Part shown: one piece after another, positions 54,297 through 64,000 of the stretch
How positions within the stretch are numbered: position 1 is the stretch's first letter
Layout: each line of letters opens with the position of its first letter
NCBI GenBank assembly: GCA_043228905.1
Contig: JBHGNT010000006.1
Span: forward strand, 5,456,001-5,520,000
DNA length: 64,000 nt
Reading direction: 5' to 3'
DNA from: Azolla caroliniana
Taxonomy: Eukaryota; Plantae; Polypodiophyta
The notes under the pieces: model-generated
Seen by the model: only the letters and a program-made list of their open reading frames with translations
Databases searched by the model: none
Told to the model about the DNA's origin: nothing
Program-made: the position numbers and the translations under genes

Positions 54297-57200
54297 CTAC
54301 TGAGGACCTGCCTCCAATATTTCTTTAGTCAGGTTCTTGTCATTCCCCAGTTTGCAATCAGTAAAGTTTTCAAAGTTCTTATTGAAAAGCCCAGCTAACT
54401 TGACCAATGTGTCCTTATATTCAGTTGCATCAGACCACTACATAAATGAAAATCACACACATAATCCTTTCATGAGGATGCATACACATGTTAAGCAACA
54501 TTAATAACAACTTCGTTTACTAACATAACCACTTCATGGCAAGGGATAAATTTGGGTTAACTGCTTCTGGGGAAAGGGATAAAAGAAAAGGTTAAATCAT
54601 TTTTTTACCGTGTTCTCAGGATGCAGCATTGCTGAAGGTACACCTTCCACGTGGTCTGGAATGTGAAGCTTGAACACCGGGGTCTCTTCATATTTGGCAT
54701 TTAATAACGACCCATTGTGGATGGCATCAATTATTTTCCGAGTATATGAAAGCTTCATCCTCTTGCCAATGCCATAACTAGGATCACAGTATTAGATTAC
54801 TAGTTAAAACCTTATATTTGTTTGATTCATACCCAAGTAATTATTAATGGAGTATATAAATTTGAGCATAGTTTCCAATTATATAAATAGAAACTCAGCC
54901 AGTATATAAATAGAAAAACAAAATCTCAAACATTGGCGCACATCACATTCATGTTTAACATCCATCAATCACAAGCTGCATTTGATTCATACCCAAGTAA
55001 TTATTAATGGAGTATATAAATTTGAGCATAGTTTCCAATTATTTAAGGCATCAAAGAAACTCAGCCAGTATATAAATAGAAAAACAAAATCTCAAACATT
55101 GGCGCACATCACATTCATGTTTAACATCCATCAATCACAACCTGCATTTTTCTTGTAGAGGACATATTTGCATTAATGATGTCATATATATATACACATA
55201 CAAACACATATATATGCATAGATTTGCATTTGATACAATCATGTCATATACATATACACATAACACACACACACATACAAAGAACACACTGACTTGTTTA
55301 CCTCTCCCGCCCACCCAATATTAACTAGCCAACCAGTTGCATAGATACATAGATATATACATATAACAATATTAACTAGCCAAAAAGTTGCATAGATACA
55401 TAGGTATATACATATAATAGATACACAGATACATGCTGACTTGTTTACCTGCCTCCTGTCCACCCAGTGTTCACTAGCCAACCAGTTGCACCATGGTTTT
55501 TCATCCTTTCAGCTAGCATGGCTGCATATTTGGTTGGATGAAGCATAATAAAGGCAGCTCCAAAGCATGCTGAAAATGTGGCCTGGGGTTCCAGGATTCC
55601 GTCCTCAGTACCAGCAATCTGTTTAATTATTGTTTACCCAGCCAAAAAATTAGATAAACCTATGTGGAAAAGAAAAACATTGCAAGAAAAGAATAGAAGA
55701 CGATTACCCCGTAAGGCACATGACATCTTACCAGAGCAGTGTAGCCACTAATGAAATGATACATTGTCTGTGGCAATGTTAGCTTGCTCACTGGTGGTAG
55801 AACACCAAATGCGTCACAGGTCAGGAGAATCACATTCCTTGGATGAGGACCAACACATGGTAACTTTGCATTGGGAATATAATCTATGGGATAGCATGCT
55901 CGTGTATTTTCTGTGAACAACAAATAGACACAATTCTTTTACGATGTTCTCCCTTTCTGGATTGGTAGATAGCTGCTGTATCCAACTTTACAACCAAAAC
56001 GGTTTGAACAATTTGAAAGAAAAAGATATGAACCTGTAACAGATCTATCAAGATAATCTACTTCCCTGGTATGCTCATCGAAAACCACGTTCTCCAACAC
56101 TGCAAAATAAGAGTTAAACTTCAAAGTTAGCACTGTGGTTCTTATCATCATGTGACATGGATTACAAAGTAATTTTGCAGCTCTTCTCAATTTTGAATCA
56201 TAGAAATCTTCATATTCAATCTAAAAAAATCACAGACATTTTTCAGGGCACCCTATCAGGAAAACTTATTTGGCATTACAAGAATCACAGCCAATCAATG
56301 AATCTATGTATATCCATGCCCTGAAAAATGAATCTATCAATGAATCTATACCCACCAATCAATGAATCTATGTATATCCATGCGTCCTTAAATGCATGGA
56401 CATACTTTTAACATAATAATACATAGTAGAATGGATTATAGAAACACCTGTCCCAAATTTGATGGCATTCCAGATGTCTGGTTCTTTATCCTGAGAAAGA
56501 TCAATGCACTTGGCATAACAGCCACCTTCAATGTTGGAAACACCATTATCACTCCAGCAATGCTCATCATCACCAATCAAAAGCCGGTTAGGGTCTGTTG
56601 AGAGGGTAGTTTTACCAGTTCCTGCGTAGTTACATATAAACCGGCCTTAGTGTAAAGGAAACAGGAAAGTAATCTTAGTACTTCAAAAAACAGAAACCAG
56701 TATCCAAGACCCTTATCTACTGTCCAAACCTGACAATCCGAAAAATAAGGCTACATCTCCATCTTTGCCCATATTGCATCCTGAGTGCACAGAAAGGATT
56801 CCCTTCTTGGGCATCAAATAGTGCATCACGCCGAACAATCCTTTCTTCATTTCCCCTGCATATTGAGTACCAAGGATCACCATTTCCTTTCTTCGAAGGT
56901 TAATATCTATACTAGTTGATGATGTCATGTAGTGTGTGTATCGATTGCATGGGAATTGGCCAGCATTGTAAATAGTGAAGTCTGGAGTTCCGAAATCCTC
57001 GAGTTCTTCAGCAGTTGGTCGAATACACCTGCCAAATATGATTAGTTCCATATGTTAACTAATCCAACATATGCATGTGCATACATCACAATAGAGCCTA
57101 GCACACTTAACAATAAGCTAACAATGGGTTGTAAACAAGGATAGCCCTGGATAGGTTAGCAGCACCATAATGGATGGAGCATTATAGAAAGATATCAATA

Positions 57201-59281
57201 AACATAGAGGCCAACATAGCCTTTTCTTAGCGATATAGCTGGTGAAATGGAGATGTAATATGAACTAAGTGAAGAGGAAATTCGAAAATCTGTACTTACA
57301 TATTATACATGAACAATGAATGATAAGCTCTTGCAGAAATTATCCGTACTTTTATGCGATGCTCTGGATCCCAGTTGAGGAATTGGTCATTCACAAAGAC
57401 CTGAAATTTTATTAAGTCAGTAAAGCACGTTATGTGACAAACGTGAACTTGGGATTTCTCATCAGTAATGTTTATAAATGCCTTTTTGCTTAACCTTATC
57501 CAATGAATTGAGATAGTCCACCGCCCGCTCTCTATTGACAAGAAAAGTATGCTCATCCATCTCTATGTTAGGGGAGCCCCTGCCAATACAATGAGCATAA
57601 ATAAAGTTAAAAACAGCCTGAAGAGTATAAATACAGATACACAAGTGCATACATAGCCTCATCAATATTCAGACTTGAAAAACATGCTCATCGGCGGACC
57701 CTATTCTATGGATAAGAAAGGGATACAAGGCTTTTTAGCACATACATTTTTTCATGGTTGTTGGTTTCATGACAAAGCATATATCTTTCGCATTCAAAAC
57801 TTTATTGCTAGAAAATGCACTTGTTCATGGTTGCTGTCTTCATTACAAATCATATATGTTTAGAATAAAATTGTATGGTTACCAAATGCAGAAGTTCATA
57901 GCTTTTGGCTTCACTGAGAAGCATATATCTTTCAGGGTTTCACGCTACATATATACAACAGTCCTAATAAATGCTGATATGCTCATAAAATTTGGAGATA
58001 GGATACTTACAGGGTTTCATAGTATATATATGCAACAGTCCTACAAATAGAATGTTGACATAGTCCATAAACAGGTGGATATAAAATATTAAAGACATAA
58101 ATTTATCCTCCTCTAATATGGACTGCTAATCGAAGGAATTTGAAGCAATGTTTAGATTAAACTCATCTCCTCAACAAAATCATCGAATGGATAATTCTAT
58201 GGAATTATCGAATTTCATTGAATCTCATCTAATTGGTAAATAAGATTGTTTGAGCTGTTGTGAATAGGAATCTTACTTTCCCCACCAGAGGTCATCCTGG
58301 CTTAGTTCCTCCTTGACCACCCTTTTGTCCCTTGGAGCACGGCCAGTCTTTGCACCAGATAATGTTGCCAACGCCCCAGTTGAGGTAATGAAAGATCCCT
58401 TTTCATACTTGATAGCCTGTTCATACAGCTCTTTACCAGGCACCAAAAACAAAACAAAAGAGCTGAGATAAGGAACAAAGAAAAAAACAGCAAACATATA
58501 ATAATGCTTCCAACTAGTACTGCAACCAAAAATCATCTTGTGTTCTTGAAATGCTGACCTGCAGGGGAAAGATTGTACATGATATGAGTGAACTTGAGAG
58601 CACTATCACTTATGTTAGGCTGCAAAGTAAAATGTGGCTTGGAATGATGCTCAAAATTATTTTCAAGAGGTGCCTCCCCTTTCCTTTCTGGGTCACCCCT
58701 AATGACCTTGGGGCCAGTTTCCCTCGTAAGGGATGCAAGCGATGCACTGAACAAGGGGAAGAAAACAGAATCATTATCATTAGGGTTTAAATTTAGCATA
58801 AAACCCATTTCATGTACATACATATGCTCCACCTGAGCTCATTTTCCACATGGTTATCACAAATGAAGACATGAAAATGAAGATGGTGTTAGAAGTTTAA
58901 GATTACATACAAACACAGACAGACCAGATACAGGCTAACAAACTGACTGACTGACCTGATGGACTGGAGTTGTTGACGCTGGCGGAGATCATCCAATGGC
59001 GACGAGTGGTCTTTAGGGGTGGATGGGGCGGAGCGTTTCCTCTGGAGGGAGTGAAGCTCTTGTAGCGTGCTCACTCTCACACTCGGTACACTATCATCTG
59101 TGCACACATCCTTCACTGCCATCGCCTTGGTCGGTGTGTAACCATTGCCGTCATCATTAGTGTTGTTGCCATTGCTCGCAGTCTCTTGATGTTTCTCCAC
59201 ATGTGTGTGGATCATTGGGAGGCCATTGATCCCATTCCCATGGCCATTGGTGAAAGAGAAATCTTCCATCTTGCTGCCCAT
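54297..59281 (-). CDS. PCK1: Phosphoenolpyruvate carboxykinase (ATP), multi-exon
   Basis: [15 protein letters not shown]-terminal regulatory motif; [14 protein letters not shown]; [11 protein letters not shown]; SVHSGCN; FFGLSG|TGKTTLSTD; IGDDEHCW; NIEGGCYAK; ENTRACYP; C-terminal ILEAGPQ*. A 5'-UTR intron lies at about 59285-59960. Confidence 0.96.
54821..55146. repeat. About 160-bp tandem duplication in a PEPCK intron
   Basis: TTTGATTCATACCCAAGTAATTATTAATGG starts at 54821 and 54981 and the copies are nearly identical. Confidence 0.9.
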
Positions 59282-60086
59282 TCCTGTAAATTAAGGACAG
59301 ATTAGGGTAAACATAGCTACAGAGAAGAGAATGTAATAATTAGCAAAATAATTTCTCTTTCATTTATCGTACTAGGATGAGATTATTGGTTAAGCTTGGA
59401 GCCTATCAAAACAAAATGTAGTAGGTTCAAAACTCTCTCGCTCAATCAATCAATCAATCAAAGTCAACATTGTTTTCTTTCAATTCCTTGAAAATGGTGA
59501 AGATCTTTTGATAATTATTAACAGCGTAGTACTTTCCTTAATCACTGATCATGTAAGCCTCTCTCTTTGCAGAGAATGTTGGTGTTTAATTAGAAGGAGT
59601 TCTAACCAAAACCAAGGACTGTAATTAAGTATATTTTAAATTAAAGGAATAAGGAGCCTTCTTTTTAACCAAACATTTAACATTGAAAAGCTCTAAATAT
59701 AACATGCAGAAGGGACCAAATCCTAATAAGCAATGTTTAAGACCATTGAATTAGGGTTTATAAGCAAAATTTAGTGGTATTAAGACCCTCTAAAACAAGC
59801 AAAACTGAGAGTCATTAAGGCCTTCTAAAAATGAATTGAATGGAGTTAAGAACTTTTTAAAAACGGGAAATTAAATCAAAGAAGCTCTTAGCAGCTCTCC
59901 ATAAAATCATTGTATATGAAATGAAGAGAGAATTTAAATAAATGAAAACATGATTAGTACCTTTGGTAAGGAAGCAGGAGTTAACTGAGAAAGGAAGAAG
60001 AAACAGGAGCCAGAAGGGGTAGAACAAGAAGAGAATGGAGGAATGATGAGTATGGGTATTGGAGCAGGGGGGGGAAGGGGCTTCCC

Positions 60087-60094
60087 TATTTATA
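60087..60094 (-). promoter_or_regulatory. Probable TATA box of PEPCK
   Basis: TATAAATA on the minus strand, followed by a CT-rich leader and a GTAC donor near 59960. Confidence 0.6.
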
Positions 60095-60158
60095 GTTCTC
60101 TACAATAATATATTATATAATTAATATTTTAAATATTATTTCATTAGTACATATCTTT

Positions 60159-60553
<395 letters not shown>

Positions 60554-60662
60554 TGTGTAGTAGTAATGTTTTGGATGGAGTGGGTTAAAAGAAATTTAGA
60601 GAAACCTCTTTTTATTGAGGCTGTTTTTGTGTTTAGTTACCAATGGACCCTCTTTAAAGCAC

Positions 60663-60711
<49 letters not shown>

Positions 60712-61869
60712 TTGTTTGGAATCTGGATCATCTTTTGGAGGTTCCTTATTGCAATGCAACTCTTTAGTATTTGTATCTCTCTCTCTCTCTTGCTCTCTAT
60801 GCTAGTAGTATTCACACCTCTCTCATCCGAGATATATACGCTTCTTTCACGTCACACGATCCACAATTATCTCTTGACCGAACCCAACACATGCTACATC
60901 TCGACCACTGGTTTGGCCATGTGAAACAAAAACCCCAATTCCATCTTGCTCCCGGTTTGCAAGCATGAAGTCCCCCATTCTACCACATGTAACTAACACC
61001 CAAAAGAATCGTCTCGATCCAACATTCCACCCTTGGGACTACTCACCCGACTCTCCTAGCACCACCATCCAATATATATTTTGTTTGCTACCATCTCGAC
61101 GTAAAGCTTCATCTTGTATGCCAACAAAACACAACCGCCATCTCATGTTATTTGGACAAGCATTCACCTTTGAAAACTCTAGCTTCCAACCCATGTTTTT
61201 TGTGTTACTACCCCAACATTCTGTTGCGTCCTCCTACAGCTTTGTGAAGCGCGATATTTCGGCACCCAATTTCCTCTTTTTTACCTCAACATCACAAATG
61301 CATGCATCATAGTTCACATTGAATGTCTACAAAATACATTATTTCTTATGTGGGACAATCAAGTTTCACAACCATTCTTTAGTCGACAAGGATACGTAAG
61401 AACTTCTTGGCTCATTTGATTGGTGGAGATTTGCATTGTTCAACATTACCTTTGACTAGTGTGCACTGTCACTTTTGAAAACCCATTGTTTAAGTGGGTC
61501 TACAAAGAAACCTTTTGGCGCTGCCTGTAACTTAATCAATCATGCTCACCAATTGGCAATTGTTGTCGAGAAAACCAAATAACACATTCATAGGTGATTT
61601 TATTCTTGGGATAAAATGTCACATAACCGCTGCATTTCCTTGGAGAAGTAAAATATATTGGACGTTATTAAATCAAAGTTTCTGGAAATCGCCCCTCATT
61701 ATAAATATTCCTTGAAGTCTATTTTTAATCTACATCATGTACCAGAACCAAGACACGATTTATGATATCTTGAGTCATTTCAAAATTATCAACATTGTGA
61801 ATTAATGCCAAACTTTAACTAGTTGCCATTAGGTTGTTGAAGAGTGGGCAAATTTACATTTTGTCTTCA

Positions 61870-62228
61870 AACACAATGGGAAAACATATTAGGCTTTCAA
61901 ATACCATTGTTATTTTAAAAAGGAGAAAAAAAACCCAGCCCTTGCCGTTCCTATCTTTCTTTCAATGTGATGGGAAAACATGTTCATATTTAAATTATTG
62001 ATGTTCCTTTCAGAAGGAGAAAAGAATACCACCTCGTGCATTTCCTAACTTTCAATATGATGGAGAAAACATATCCGTCTTTCACTTATCAATGTTCTTT
62101 TGGAAAGAAGAAAAAAAATGCCACCCCATGCATTCCCTAGCTTTGAACACAATAGGAACACATTCTAGTCTTTCAATTATCAACGTTCTTTTGTAAAGGA
62201 GAAAACTACGCATCCCATGCATTTCCTC
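61870..62228. repeat. Four diverged tandem units of about 90 bp
   Basis: A recurrent pattern ATGGGAAAACAT...TTTCAA.TATC.ATGTT.TTT...AAGGAGAAAA...CCCATGCATT.CCT. Confidence 0.65.
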
Positions 62229-64000
62229 TCTTTTTTGTCTATCTTCATAATGCGCATACCAATTTCACTCAAGTATGAGTCGTTCATTCTAAACTTTTAT
62301 TATCGATCGTCTATTGCCACTTCAAGGAAATATTTCGTACATTTTGTCTTCTTTTATTCTCGAGGAAAGCATATGAATTTCCTGGAGAACTGCTTATATC
62401 TATGTATATTTGCGCGTACATAAAAGGTGATGCATGAGTCCCATGGCAAACAAACTCAAAGCATGATAATTATTGATAAATACGATTCCCTAGTTAGTCC
62501 ACACTATCTTGATCTATGTTACAAGTGAGAGCAATGTGATACACATGAAATTATCGTTAATGCCAATTTATTCAAACGAATCTGCCATTTCTCAGATATT
62601 GTTCGCATTAAAAGGAGTCCCTTATCTTTCTTTTTTATCACATTTACGTCCTATTCTTTATGCCCACTTAAAGCCTAGTTGTATATGACTATCTCATGCA
62701 AAAGTTATTCCTTCTTCTAAAAAAGTCAATCAATGGTGCACATACATTGGCAAAAAGTTTGTTCTTGTCACGTATGGCCATTATTTAGAACCTTGTGATA
62801 GAATACCTCGTACCACTTAAAAAACTCTTTGTTTCCAAATCTAGTGAAGTTTCTCATATCGCTTTTTTATTTACTTGTTAACTATTTTTAGCACATTTTA
62901 GTGAATATATAACAATATCCTTGCATGTTGTATCTTTCCATTTAAATCGTAAAACATTTCAACAATGTTTGTAGCCCATAAAGTATGTACATATATAGAA
63001 CCCCCATTTCTTGTGTTCTATTTGTACCATACTCCTAGTGCAATGCATATTTAATGTAATAATTGGGAAGGGGGGGGGGGGTTACAATTCTATCTCCTTG
63101 AGTTAAAACCCATTGAAAATAGACAAAAAAATCCTATTTTAATGATGCCCAAATAAGTGACACAACAACCCAAATGACTTTAGCAATCGACCACTATGGG
63201 AATCTGTGCCTCGCATCCTTGAGCAATATGAAGAATGAACATTTCCTTGAAAATATGTTAGCATTTTAAAGCCATTGCCAAAGGATCCCAGTCAAAGAAA
63301 CACATTTGCTAGTAATGGAAAACTAGGATTGCCATTCTACATCCAACACAAATGTCACCATTGAACCCATTGAATCCCCATTGAAAAATGTGTAATCTGA
63401 ACGATATCTCCATTACAAACAAAGCTCCATATTCGATAAGCTTAAGATATAAATTATTGGCCAAAATTTATTTATTTTGTTATCTATAATAATAAAACCT
63501 AATACATTTGATCCAAATGTGATTATATGCTTTTTTAGCATTCAAATGGTACTTTGTTCTATCACCAAGCATGCTTAGCATTATACATAGTGGAATTCTA
63601 ACATGAACTTGTCTTTTTAAACCCAATGTAATAGCTATGAAGATATGAGTACCTCAGTTGGTTGAGGATTAATACAACGCTTGTACTTTAATGATAGCAA
63701 ATAACTGAAGCTCAAAGGTCACTCCAAAGACAATGCCAAGTACCAATGAGTCATTATTGAAATGTTAAGGCTATGCATGAATGGTAAGCCACGTTTTTAC
63801 TAAGTTATGCAAATGAGGATTGTAATGTTGAAATTTTTAGGTATGAACCTTAGTGATATACTTGTAGCCTTGTAGGTTGTTAAGATGAATGGGGGAGAAA
63901 TATGTCTCTCGTGCCGATAGACAAGTAACTTTGTAAAGTGCAAGTCCAAAACACACCATAATTGACGTGGTATATGTATAAATTATAATGATATAGTTAT

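Noticed and set aside
61870-62228. CRISPR-like regularly spaced repeats
   Set aside because: Whole units are diverged tandem copies with no unique spacers, in a eukaryotic context with no cas genes.
62400-64000. Possible decayed transposase on the minus strand
   Set aside because: Only vague peptide fragments, which cannot be supported without a search.

Overview
Eukaryotic plant nuclear DNA, most likely a fern (inferred from fern-type PLS-PPR relics, the gene set and microsatellite-rich introns). It contains five spliced genes: a WNK kinase (+, 11397-16815) with a U12-type intron and an unusual C-terminal repeat; a two-exon secreted 12-Cys peptide (-, 18645-20510); an OBERON-like PHD protein (+, 28587-30973); a USP-like/RLK-Pelle kinase with an HRDMRPNN catalytic loop and a GC-AG intron (+, 49017-53203); and ATP-dependent PEP carboxykinase (-, 54297-59281). 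Mobile DNA includes a Copia inserted in inverted orientation into a copy of its own family (1-8535), a solo LTR (24437-24951), a full-length Ty3/Gypsy (35085-41696, TSD CTACG), LINE fragments, a foldback element and PPR relics. The main observation is in the Gypsy element. It has no polypurine tract next to its 3' LTR. That position holds a tRNA-like fold ending ...GTCCCACGGGCGTGCCA, complementary to the element's own PBS, which suggests tRNA-primed or self-encoded priming of plus-strand synthesis. All coordinates were read by eye and no searches were run.
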